64,000 nucleotides of DNA, from positions 1,312,001-1,376,000 of the forward strand of contig CAWIPH010000002.1 in the NCBI GenBank assembly GCA_963837955.1, in the 5' to 3' direction. A model generated the notes under the pieces. The model was not told the origin of the DNA, did not search any database, and saw only the letters and a program-made list of their open reading frames with translations. Shown piece by piece: positions 10,675 through 19,489 of the stretch. How positions within the stretch are numbered: the stretch's first letter is position 1; every line of letters starts with the position of its first letter. Origin of the DNA: an uncultured Verrucomicrobiae bacterium. Lineage in GTDB: Bacteria > Verrucomicrobiota > Verrucomicrobiia > Chthoniobacterales > JAFAMB01. Made by a program: the position numbers and the translations under genes.

Positions 10675-10859
10675 CGCGGCCGCGAGACCCAACGCGGGGA
10701 GGGATCGCGTCTCCGCGATCCGTTGTGGCCGGACCCAAGCGCGTTTGTATACCAAGGGTTAAATTGCGTCCCCAGGTTAGAGATCGTTTTCTCGGCGCGC
10801 GGGGACGCGCGCCCTCCCAGCGATGGAGCAGGCAAACCATTCTTATGTTGACGCGTATG
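10675..10859 (+). repeat. about 185-bp dispersed repeat, copy 1 (contains an inverted REP pair)
   Basis: Near-identical to the reverse complement of 33610-33795. Confidence 0.88.
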
Positions 10860-11002
10860 GACGGGAGCCGGACCTACAGGCGTCTGGCCAGTCTCGCGGC
10901 GGCTCTCCGTATTCCGTATTTTGGCATGTTGTGTGCTGGTCATCCAGAGCATGAGTTCGATGGGGAGAGAAGGGTTCGCCAAAATTATCAGCTTATAGGC
11001 CG

Positions 11003-11962
11003 ATGGAACTGCGCCATCTACGTTACTTTGTCGTCGTCGCGGAAGAGCTGAACTTTTGCCGGGCAGCCGAAAGACTGAGGATCGCTCAGCCGCCACTGAG
11101 CGTGCAGATTCGCCATCTCGAAGAAGAGTTAGGCGTTCAGCTTTTCTATCGAATCAAGAGGCGGATAACACTTTCGCCCGCCGGGGAGGTTTTGTTCAGC
11201 CAAGGGCGAAGACTTCTCCGCGAAGCGGAGCAAATCGCGGATCAGGTGCGCGAAGCCGCTTCCGGTAAAACCGGATCGCTTTCGATCGGGTTTGTTGGGA
11301 CGACGATGTACGACATCCTACCAGATGCTTTGCGAATCTTTCGTTCTACCTATCCGAAGATCCAACTAAATCTGGAAGACATTCACAGCGGTCATCAGAT
11401 CCAGGCATTACAACGTCGCAAAATCGACGTCGGCCTTATTCATCCGCCGGTTCAGGAAGTCCTTGTGGAGACGGAAGAAGTTGTGAGTGAAACGCTGATG
11501 GTGGCGTTGCCGGAAAAACATCGGCTTCGGGATCGGACCGCCGTCGCTTTGGCTGACCTGGCCGACGAGCCCTTCTTGATCTGCTCGATCAGCGGTGAAC
11601 CGGGCCTACACAAACTCTGTCTAGGCCTGATTCAGGATGCCGGCTTTCGGCCGCGAGTGGTGCAGGAAGCGACGCACATCCAGACTCAGGTTGGACTGGT
11701 TGCCGCTGGTGTGGGGATTTGTCTGGTGCCATCTTCGGCGACGCGTTTACAGCAGCCGGGCGTGATCTATCGACCCCTGAGCGTTCCCCAGACCAATCTT
11801 ACCAAGCTGATGGTTTGGAGGAAAGGGCCGTGTTCGGCTCATCTTACTGGATTTTTAGGAGCTGTCCGGCAGGCGGCGGCTTTGCTGCGTACCAACGCGG
11901 CAATCAGACGCGCTTGTCGGCCAGCTCCGGAGGTTTGCTTCGCGATGACCGACAGCCCATAG
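11003..11962 (+). CDS. LysR family transcriptional regulator
   Basis: MELRHLRYFVVVAEELNF...AAERLRIAQPPLS HTH plus substrate-binding domain. Confidence 0.95.
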   Translation: MELRHLRYFVVVAEELNFCRAAERLRIAQPPLSVQIRHLEEELGVQLFYRIKRRITLSPAGEVLFSQGRRLLREAEQIADQVREAASGKTGSLSIGFVGTTMYDILPDALRIFRSTYPKIQLNLEDIHSGHQIQALQRRKIDVGLIHPPVQEVLVETEEVVSETLMVALPEKHRLRDRTAVALADLADEPFLICSISGEPGLHKLCLGLIQDAGFRPRVVQEATHIQTQVGLVAAGVGICLVPSSATRLQQPGVIYRPLSVPQTNLTKLMVWRKGPCSAHLTGFLGAVRQAAALLRTNAAIRRACRPAPEVCFAMTDSP

Positions 11963-12001
11963 CCAATAGCCAAGATGACAAACGGCGGACGGCTTCCCCG
12001 C

Positions 12002-12973
12002 TTACCACCCAAGTATCCAAGCAAAAATCAACGGCGCCACGATGGTGGCGTCGGATTCTATCACATACTTCGGCGTGTCCAACGAGAGCTTACCCCAAGT
12101 GATTTTCTCGTTCGGCACGGCGCCTGAGTAGGACCCATAGCTGGTCGTCGAATCGCTAATCTGACAAAAGTAGCCCCAGCGCGGAACGTGCTCGCGTTGC
12201 AGATCCTGATGAAGCATTGGCACGACGCAAATCGGGAAATCACCAGCAATACCGCCGGCGATTTGGAAAAAGCCGATCGATGAGCTGGCGGAAGTCGTGG
12301 TATACCAGTCGGCCAATTGGATCATGTACTCGATGCCGGTACGCACGGTGTGAACATTCTTAACGTCTCCGGAGATGCAGTGGCCGGCATACATGTTACC
12401 TAGCGTCGAGTCTTCCCATCCGGGCACAAACATCGGCAGGCCTTTCTGCATCGCGGCATAAAGCCAGCTATCCTTCGGATCGATCTGATAATACTTTTTC
12501 AAGCGATCGTCTTTCAGGATTCGATAGAAGAATTCGTGCGGGAAAAATTGCCGCCCGTTTTTATCAGCATCTACCCACTCCTCCAGTACGGCCTTTTCGA
12601 TCCGTCGCATCGCCTCTGCTTCGGGGATGCAGGTATCGGTAACTCGGTTCAAGTGTTGATCCAGGAGCGCTTGTTCGTCCTCGCCGCTTAGTTCGCGCCA
12701 ATTGGGAATACGCTTGTAATGATGGTGGGCCACCAGGTTAAACACATCCTCTTCCAGATTTGCTCCGGTGCAGCAGATCGCGTGAATCTTATCCTGCCGG
12801 ATCATCTCCGCCAACGAGAGTCCCAACTCCGCGGTGCTCATCGCGCCCGCTACGGTAACCAACATTTTGCCGCCCTGGTCGAGGTGCCGCTGATATCCTT
12901 GCGCGGCATCTTTGAGGGTTGCCGCATTAAAGTGCCGATAGTGGCGGGAGATAAATTCTGTGATCGTGCCCAT
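12002..12973 (-). CDS. deoxyhypusine synthase-like protein (bacterial)
   Basis: HFNAA, TGANLEED, YGSYSGAxPNEKITWGK, ESDAT. Confidence 0.9.
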   Translation of the reverse strand: MGTITEFISRHYRHFNAATLKDAAQGYQRHLDQGGKMLVTVAGAMSTAELGLSLAEMIRQDKIHAICCTGANLEEDVFNLVAHHHYKRIPNWRELSGEDEQALLDQHLNRVTDTCIPEAEAMRRIEKAVLEEWVDADKNGRQFFPHEFFYRILKDDRLKKYYQIDPKDSWLYAAMQKGLPMFVPGWEDSTLGNMYAGHCISGDVKNVHTVRTGIEYMIQLADWYTTTSASSSIGFFQIAGGIAGDFPICVVPMLHQDLQREHVPRWGYFCQISDSTTSYGSYSGAVPNEKITWGKLSLDTPKYVIESDATIVAPLIFAWILGW

Positions 12974-13137
12974 TTGCTAGGACCTTCCGAATCTACTAAT
13001 TCTGACAAAAGATCAATGGATGAAATAGCGCATCGCAGATAGCAGATACCAGAGGAAAGATGGCAAAATACAAATGATAAGCTTTGGCTCCGGTTTTGTC
13101 GGGGAGACGCAGCTCCCTAAACTAGATCCAGAAAGAC

Positions 13138-13557
13138 ATGATGGATCAGATTCAGCCAGTTGAGCCCACACCACGCATTAACCCAGGGCGATTGCTGCAT
13201 TGGTCATTCTTCATCTGCTATTTGCTATCTGCTATGTGCTATTCGCGGATACTCGCTGCCGGTACGGACACTACCGGAACGGGTGAGAAGATTTTTCAGA
13301 CCCGCTGCTTTGTCTGCCATGGTCGGGATGGGCGAGGCTCTGGACCCGCTTCACCAGGACTTTCGCAGAAGCCCCAAGATTTAACCGACCCGAGTTGGCA
13401 GCGGAGTGTGACCGACGATCAGATTAAAACCGTCATTCGCGAGGGTGGAGCAATTTTGGGAAAGAGCGGGGCGATGCCGCCCAATGCGGATCTGAGCGAC
13501 GACACTATAGAACAATTGGTGAGCTATGTACGCACACTGAACCGGGAAAGACACTGA
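13138..13557 (+). CDS. monoheme c-type cytochrome
   Basis: CFVCH heme motif, distal AMPP Met ligand, N-terminal hydrophobic segment. Confidence 0.85.
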   Translation: MMDQIQPVEPTPRINPGRLLHWSFFICYLLSAMCYSRILAAGTDTTGTGEKIFQTRCFVCHGRDGRGSGPASPGLSQKPQDLTDPSWQRSVTDDQIKTVIREGGAILGKSGAMPPNADLSDDTIEQLVSYVRTLNRERH

Positions 13558-13618
13558 TGGATGATTCTTTCGGATCCTGGTAGCGCAACCCGTTGTTGAT
13601 GTTATCGGTTATGCGCGT

Positions 13619-14071
13619 ATGCGAAAAGGTCTCGCTGTTGTTGGCACGCTGTTGTGCGGAATTGGTTCGCTCCTTGCCGACGAACCAAACATCAAAGTGG
13701 AGGGGGCATGGATGCGAGCGGTTCCATCCTCCGTCTCGGCGACGGCCGTCTACCTGACGATTATCAACTCGGGGCCTACTGCTTATCGACTCGTCGGCGC
13801 TAATACTTCGGTCGCGGATTCTGTTGAACCAATGATAACTACAAAATCTGGAACCGGAGCCAACCAACGGCTTGGGATGGAAGCAGTCGATTCGCTAGAA
13901 GTGCCGGCCGGCGGGAAACTGGTCCTCGAACCGGGCGGCAATCATCTGATGGTAATGGGTCTAAAAAAACACCCCGCGGAAGGTGAGAAAGTGAATATAA
14001 CGATTAGATTACAACCCGGTGACCGCGAGATCCGGCTTGAGATACCGGTTTCCCGTAAACCGATTCCATGA
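13619..14071 (+). CDS. copper chaperone PCu(A)C
   Basis: Signal peptide, AWMRA, LEPGGNHLMVMGL; upstream of SCO. Confidence 0.88.
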   Translation: MRKGLAVVGTLLCGIGSLLADEPNIKVEGAWMRAVPSSVSATAVYLTIINSGPTAYRLVGANTSVADSVEPMITTKSGTGANQRLGMEAVDSLEVPAGGKLVLEPGGNHLMVMGLKKHPAEGEKVNITIRLQPGDREIRLEIPVSRKPIP

Positions 14072-14751
14072 GCACATCCACTCTTCCCAAGCCAGAGATT
14101 CGTCCAAATGCCCCATTTTGGTCTAATTGGCGAATTTGGGCTGCAGCAGTGGCGTTGCTCTTAGCTTTGGGAATTTCGATTCTTTTTGGTTCGAAGCAGG
14201 TAGCGCAGAAAGGTTACTACGGCCAACGCCTATTTCCGCCTAAGGAAGCCTTTGATTTTGCTTTGATCGACCAGGATGCTCAGCCGTTTCAGTTGCATCA
14301 GCTACATGGAAAAGCGGTGCTTTTTCTTTTTGGTTTTATCCACTGCCCGAACATCTGTCCCACGTCGCTGACCAATCTGGCCGCGGTCTTGCAAAAATTG
14401 GATCCCGAACAGCGCAAACAGGTGCAGATCCTGTTTTTGTCGGTCGATGCCAAGAGAGATACCCCGGAGGCTCTAAAAGCTTATATCCCATGGTTTGATC
14501 CCAGCATCATTGGATTGACCGGATCGAAGGAAGCCATCGACCGGACGGTTCAGGAATACGGGGGGAGTTACGAGATAGTGGCTGGTTCCTCCAAGGATCC
14601 CAGTGACTATGGGGTAAATCACTCTGCCTATATTTACTTGATCAATCCAGCCGGCCAGCTCGAACTGTTATACGACAACGAAAAGCTGGCGGATACTGAT
14701 CGGATAGTTGGGGATATCCGCAAAGTTTTGGCGGAAAAGAAAAATCCCTGA
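14068..14751 (+). CDS. SCO family protein
   Basis: N-terminal TM, FGFIHCPNICP, VNHSAYIYLI. Confidence 0.93.
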   Translation: MSTSTLPKPEIRPNAPFWSNWRIWAAAVALLLALGISILFGSKQVAQKGYYGQRLFPPKEAFDFALIDQDAQPFQLHQLHGKAVLFLFGFIHCPNICPTSLTNLAAVLQKLDPEQRKQVQILFLSVDAKRDTPEALKAYIPWFDPSIIGLTGSKEAIDRTVQEYGGSYEIVAGSSKDPSDYGVNHSAYIYLINPAGQLELLYDNEKLADTDRIVGDIRKVLAEKKNP

Positions 14752-14824
14752 CCTGCCTGTCTCGCCGTCGCGTAGCGATGGCGGATAGGGCGAACGCTTT
14801 GCATGAGGGTAGGGCACCTGCGAC

Positions 14825-15499
14825 CTAGAGATCAAACCACCGCGAATGGCGCTGGGTTAAGACCACCGCTAGGAGCAGGCAAAAGGATAACGCGAGCAGA
14901 ACCACTGCGTATTGGTTAGCCACAGCGTAATTCGGTTTTTCGACCTCGTTGTAGAGGGCCACAGATGCCACCTTGGTAACGCCCGGGATGGAGCCTCCGA
15001 TCATCATGACCACTCCAAATTCGCCAATCGTGTGAGCGAACGCTAACGTGGTTCCTACCACAATTCCGCGCAAAGCCAGCGGCAACCGAATATGCCAGAA
15101 GACCTGCAAAGGGTTGGCTTCCAGCGAAGCGGCTTCAGTCAGAGGGCGAGGAACCCCTCGCAGAGCACTTTGAAACGGCTGGATAGCGAACGGCAAGCTA
15201 TACAGCATTGATCCGAGCACTAGTCCAGGAAAGGAGAATGCCAACTGTTGTCCGAAAACACGTTGCCAAGCTGCGCCGAAAAAGTTCTGCGGCGCGAAAA
15301 TGACGAGCAGATAGAATCCCAGCACGGTGGGAGGCAGTACAATGGGAAGCCCAACAATGGTTTCGAGGATTGCACCGAACCGGCTTGGTAGCGAATTCAG
15401 CAACTGAGCGAGCGGCAATCCGCAAAGTAGGAGTAGTCCAGTCGTGATAGTCGCCAGTTGAAGCGTGAGTCCAAGCGGCTGCCAAAGTTCGCTAGCCAT
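14825..15499 (-). CDS. modB: molybdate ABC transporter permease
   Basis: LPIVLPPTVLGFYLL, FAHTIGEFGVVMMIGGSIPG. Confidence 0.93.
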   Translation of the reverse strand: MASELWQPLGLTLQLATITTGLLLLCGLPLAQLLNSLPSRFGAILETIVGLPIVLPPTVLGFYLLVIFAPQNFFGAAWQRVFGQQLAFSFPGLVLGSMLYSLPFAIQPFQSALRGVPRPLTEAASLEANPLQVFWHIRLPLALRGIVVGTTLAFAHTIGEFGVVMMIGGSIPGVTKVASVALYNEVEKPNYAVANQYAVVLLALSFCLLLAVVLTQRHSRWFDL

Positions 15500-16313
15500 T
15501 CGGAGTGGGCAAGGTGAAGCCGTATTGATCGAAAATCTTTCTGGCGGCCTGAGACTGGAGAAATTGAAAGTAGTCGCGGGCCGCTTCGCGTTTAGATCCG
15601 GTTGACGTCAATACCATTGCTTGTTCCAATTTCGGATAGAGCTTCGGATCCATCTCGATATAACGCCCGACATTTTTCAGAGTGGGGGACAAGAGCAACG
15701 ACAATGCGACGAATCCGGCGTCGACATTTCCAGTCTGCACAAACTGTGCTGTCTGAGCGATATTTTCACCCTGCACAATTCGATCCTGCACTTCGGACCA
15801 CAGCCCGCTATTATCCAACACAGCTTTGGCCGCCTGGCCGTAAGGTGCGTGCTCGGGGTTGGCAATAGCAATCTTTTTCACGGCACTGCGATCTCGCAAT
15901 ACGTCGATCCCGCGATCGAGATTCACCGTCTCCGGTTTGGTGGTCCAGAGAACGATCCGTCCGATTGCGTAAACGGTTAAGGTCGACTGGTCCACAAAGC
16001 CACCGTTAGCCAGTTCTTTCGGGTACTGGATGTCCGCTGAAAGAAAAACATCGAAAGGCGCGCCGTTTCGAATTTGGGCGCTAAAATTTCCACTCGATCC
16101 GGCGGAGACCTTCAGTTCGGTACCAGGATGGGACTGTTGGTAAGCGCGGTTGAGGTCCTCGATGCAGTAGGTCAGATCGGCGGCAGCCGCAATGGTCACC
16201 GTTTCGGTTTGCGCGGCTCGCACTAGCCCAGGAGCGAAAAACAGTGTGAGAAGGGCAGCCGGCCAAAGCGTAGAAACGCGGCCCACTAAAGACCGGATCG
16301 AGAGTAGTCGCAT
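15492..16313 (-). CDS. modA: molybdate ABC transporter substrate-binding protein
   Basis: AAAADL, GSSG, GAPFDVFLSAD, IANPEHAPYG. Confidence 0.93.
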   Translation of the reverse strand: MRLLSIRSLVGRVSTLWPAALLTLFFAPGLVRAAQTETVTIAAAADLTYCIEDLNRAYQQSHPGTELKVSAGSSGNFSAQIRNGAPFDVFLSADIQYPKELANGGFVDQSTLTVYAIGRIVLWTTKPETVNLDRGIDVLRDRSAVKKIAIANPEHAPYGQAAKAVLDNSGLWSEVQDRIVQGENIAQTAQFVQTGNVDAGFVALSLLLSPTLKNVGRYIEMDPKLYPKLEQAMVLTSTGSKREAARDYFQFLQSQAARKIFDQYGFTLPTPNG

Positions 16314-16345
16314 AGACTGATTTTTTTTCCAGACAGGGCTGCTGT

Positions 16346-16561
16346 CTACTTGGAGTCACCCTTTTCGATCGATACGTTTGTAGCTTTGATAAGGGCAGAT
16401 ACCGAATCTCCGACTTTAAGCTGCATTTCCCGAACGGATCGGGTTGTAATGACGGCAGCCACCGGTCCAATTGGAGTATCAATGACTACTTCTGAAAGCA
16501 CTTGGTCCGAGGTGATTTCGCGGATGGTGCCTGGAATCTTGTTTCGAATGCTCTGGCTCAT
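16346..16561 (-). CDS. Mop/TOBE molybdate-binding protein
   Basis: SIRNKIPGTI...AVITTRSV..MQLKVGD...LIKATNV; upstream of modA. Confidence 0.9.
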   Translation of the reverse strand: MSQSIRNKIPGTIREITSDQVLSEVVIDTPIGPVAAVITTRSVREMQLKVGDSVSALIKATNVSIEKGDSK

Positions 16562-16767
16562 CTGGCGATCGTCGGGTCAGTGTTGCGGGAATGCAAGTAA
16601 GCAGGAAGTCGGGCGGTTCCCCGGCTATGCCGCGTGCGTTAACAGATAGCTCGCGACCAAGGATTGTACCGAGGTCGCCGAGCAGCGAAGAAAAACGGTC
16701 CCTTCGGCTTACGCGGCTCTGCATTCCCGGTTGCGTGCTTCTTTCGCCAGTTGTAGACAGATGAGCG

Positions 16768-17259
16768 ATGGACGCGAAACGAACTTTCATCTTACTAGTC
16801 ATATTCTTGGCGCCTCTTTCGTTTCTAGTTGCCCAAGACAAAAACAACAAAGGCGCCTCTTCCGTCCAAAGCGAGCTCGAGGCTATCAAAGCAGAACTCA
16901 AAACCCAGCAGGATAAGATCGAACAGCTTTCGCAGGAAATTACTAAGCTGAGCGAGGCAATCAAAGAGTTTACGGCGAGCGAAAAGTCTCCTAGCGCCAC
17001 GCCGCCCAAGGCGGTTGCGGTAAGCCCGACTCCGACACCCGCAACTGTGGGCGTAGAAAATCCTTCACCATCTGAGCCAAGCGGCGTTCGGACGCATGTC
17101 GTCGCTAAGGGAGAGACGTTGATTCAAATTGCAAAACAGTACGGCGTGACGGTCGAAGAGATCGAGAAGGCCAATAACATTCAAGACGCGAAGAAGCTGC
17201 AGATCGGCCAGACCATAAAAATTCCCGGAGGCGCATCTCCTTCGCCCACTCCGGAATGA
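16768..17259 (+). CDS. secreted LysM domain protein
   Basis: Signal peptide, coiled coil, Pro-rich linker, HVVAKGETLIQIAKQYGV...LQIGQTIKIP. Confidence 0.92.
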   Translation: MDAKRTFILLVIFLAPLSFLVAQDKNNKGASSVQSELEAIKAELKTQQDKIEQLSQEITKLSEAIKEFTASEKSPSATPPKAVAVSPTPTPATVGVENPSPSEPSGVRTHVVAKGETLIQIAKQYGVTVEEIEKANNIQDAKKLQIGQTIKIPGGASPSPTPE

Positions 17260-17294
17260 GATAAGCACTGGGTCTGGCAAGGTTTGAAGAAATC

Positions 17295-17583
17295 AGTCCC
17301 GGCTTGTCCGCCGTAGCCCAGAGACCACCTTCGCTCTTCGATTTGCGGTGCGAAGGAGGAAGGGACGCGCTGAAAGTAGCCCAGCAATTTATTGCTGGGT
17401 AAAGTTACAAAACGTGTCCGTCCCGGACGGGACGATCGAAAGGTTTTGGCTCCTCGTTCGTATGCGGCTTCACCAGCGCAAGCACCCATCGATCGTCCCG
17501 GCCGGGACGGGTCGTTTTTTACGTCACACCCCAGCACTTCGTGCTGGGCTACTTTCATTGAGTCCTCTTCCCCCTTCGGGGGA
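17295..17583. repeat. palindromic REP-like element, family B, copy 1
   Basis: TGAAAGTAGCCCAGCA..TGCTGGG ... CCCAGCA..TGCTGGGCTACTTTCA with internal CGTCCCGG..GGGACG palindromes; related to 21213-21443. Confidence 0.75.
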
Positions 17584-17674
17584 TTGATCATCGTCGCTCT
17601 CTGAGGGAGCGGAGACGAGCGTGTAAAAAATTCTTCGGCGACCTAATTTTTTGAGTCCTGCTAGCTGCCATGCG

Positions 17675-17702
17675 TTGACGTTCGTACCAAGACTGGTAAT
17701 GT
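17675..17702 (+). promoter_or_regulatory. putative sigma-70 promoter, leaderless start of ubact
   Basis: TTGACG-N16-TAATGT, then 6 nt to the ATG at 17709; no Shine-Dalgarno visible. Confidence 0.5.
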
Positions 17703-17708
17703 CTCGAT

Positions 17709-17885
17709 ATGCCCGAGAGGACGCAGAAACCACCAGCTCCGGCTCCGTGGGAACCGAAACAGGGCGGCGGAGATGGTCCACGCTCGCCTGACGTTTCGAA
17801 GCCGGATACGAAAGATCTTTTAAAGCGGATGCGTAAGGTCGATCCGAATCAATCGAAACGTTATCGACAGCGCACCGGTCAGTGA
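17709..17885 (+). CDS. ubact: ubiquitin-like protein UBact (58 aa; absent from ORF track)
   Basis: Own translation: MPERTQKPPAPAPWEPKQGGGDGPRSPDVSKPDTKDLLKRMRKVDPNQSKRYRQRTGQ; diagnostic LLKRMRxVDP and C-terminal R[TS]G[EQ]; 1 nt before prcB. Confidence 0.93.
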   Translation: MPERTQKPPAPAPWEPKQGGGDGPRSPDVSKPDTKDLLKRMRKVDPNQSKRYRQRTGQ

Positions 17886-17886
17886 G

Positions 17887-18708
17887 ATGGATGTGCTCTG
17901 GTCTCGCGATCGGTTTCCGGTAATACCAGAAACTCATTCGGTAGAATCGAACGATTTTGTCTCGGTCCTGAGACGACGCGGCGCTTTGGCGCGCGAAATT
18001 TTTGCTACCGGCCCGGCGGCGGTCACCGAGACTCAGGCCACCACCATCCTGGCATTCAAATTCGCAGACGGAGTGTTGGTTGCCGGAGATCGACGAGCAA
18101 CGGCCGGGAACATTGTGATGTACGACCGAGCAGATAAGGTGCTCGAAATTGACCGCCATTCAGTCATGGCTATCGCCGGGTCGCCCGCGACGGCATGGGA
18201 GATGGCTCGTGTTCTTGAGCATTCATTTCAATATTATCGTCGAAGCCAGCTCCAGGAGATGAGCGTTGAAGGAAAGGTGCGAGCCCTCTCGAAGTTGCTT
18301 CGGGATAACTTGGGAATGGTTCTGCAAGGAGTCGGTGTGGTGGTGCCGCTTTTTGCCACTTTCGACGCGAAAGCGGCTGAGCCAGCGAAGGTTTTCTTTT
18401 ATGACGCAATGGGTGCGCAATTTGAAGCCGCCGATTTTGCGGCCAGTGGATCGGGCGGACCTTCAGTTCGCAGTATTCTTTATTACGAAAACACTTGGGG
18501 TGCCAAGCCGCTGAGAGAACTTGATCAGGCGGCCGCCGTTACGGTTGCGTTGCGGGCGTTGGATACTGCAGCCGAGGCAGATACCGCTACTGGCGGCATT
18601 GACCGGCAAGGGAAGATATTCCCCATCGTCAAAATAATCGTCCGGGAAGGTATTCAATCGATTGAGCAGGGCGAGTTGGCCTCCCGTTTTCAGGCAGCTT
18701 TGACATGA
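17887..18708 (+). CDS. prcB: 20S proteasome beta subunit
   Basis: Propeptide then TTILAFKFADGVLVAGDRRATAG (catalytic Thr1), DK, SGSG, DTATGG. Confidence 0.92.
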   Translation: MDVLWSRDRFPVIPETHSVESNDFVSVLRRRGALAREIFATGPAAVTETQATTILAFKFADGVLVAGDRRATAGNIVMYDRADKVLEIDRHSVMAIAGSPATAWEMARVLEHSFQYYRRSQLQEMSVEGKVRALSKLLRDNLGMVLQGVGVVVPLFATFDAKAAEPAKVFFYDAMGAQFEAADFAASGSGGPSVRSILYYENTWGAKPLRELDQAAAVTVALRALDTAAEADTATGGIDRQGKIFPIVKIIVREGIQSIEQGELASRFQAALT

Positions 18709-19484
18709 TCGACGAACCATATCGTTGGGTGGAAGCAATTGCCAATCGGCGAGAGTACATCGAACACGAGCTGGCCGGCGGCAGTCCTACCATTGCGCTC
18801 AGTTGCGTCGAAGGAGCGTTGCTTTTCACGTTTGGTAAAGAGCGCAAGAAAATCTTCGAAATCTACGATCGCATAGCCATGGGCGGAATAGGACATCCCG
18901 GAGATATCGAGCGGTTGCGGATGCTGGCCATCGAGCTTGCCAGCACGGAGGGATTCACGCGTTCGGCGGCCGATGTTTCGCTCCGGCGGATGGTAAATTA
19001 CTCATTCAGTCCGGCGTTAAAACAGGCGTTTGAGCAAATTTACGGAGCGCCTTACCTCGCGCGTTTGCTCTTTGCGGAGCTCGGCGACGATCCAGATCTC
19101 GATCTTTTTGTCCGGCTTGACTACGATGGCGCGATGCACGCCAACGCAATGGGACCGGGAAAGTTTCGCGATCATTTCGGTGTCATCTCCGGCACGCGTC
19201 GGTCGACCGAAGCCATCGAAACTTATCTGCGAGAGAAAAAAGTAGGCGAGCTGAAAGAATCGCTACCAACTGCGGTTCAGGCCTGGGGGATCGGATTATT
19301 CATGGCCGACGAAGAACACCAGGTGGTGCCGGAAGAGGCCGTTCTGCATGAGTTTCTTCGGGAGAAGCTGCAGCGGTATACGGTGGAAGCGGCTTTCTTG
19401 GAACGAAGTCCGGAAAGGCGCATAGCATTTGTTGAGTTAGGAGAAAAGACTCTGGCCAAAGCCTTGGATCCGTTCCGGAGTTAG
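18705..19484 (+). CDS. prcA: 20S proteasome alpha subunit
   Basis: EPYRWVEAIANRREY, KIFEIYDRIAMGGIG; overlaps prcB stop (ATGA). Confidence 0.9.
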   Translation: MIDEPYRWVEAIANRREYIEHELAGGSPTIALSCVEGALLFTFGKERKKIFEIYDRIAMGGIGHPGDIERLRMLAIELASTEGFTRSAADVSLRRMVNYSFSPALKQAFEQIYGAPYLARLLFAELGDDPDLDLFVRLDYDGAMHANAMGPGKFRDHFGVISGTRRSTEAIETYLREKKVGELKESLPTAVQAWGIGLFMADEEHQVVPEEAVLHEFLREKLQRYTVEAAFLERSPERRIAFVELGEKTLAKALDPFRS

Positions 19485-19489
19485 CGGAG

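Noticed and set aside
10434..11096. ORFs across the 185-bp repeat (also 33271-33883) with matching peptides
   Set aside because: The similarity comes from translating the same non-coding repeat; composition is not protein-like and the ORFs overlap real genes.
17524..18159. 211-aa minus-strand ORF
   Set aside because: Antisense shadow of ubact/prcB.
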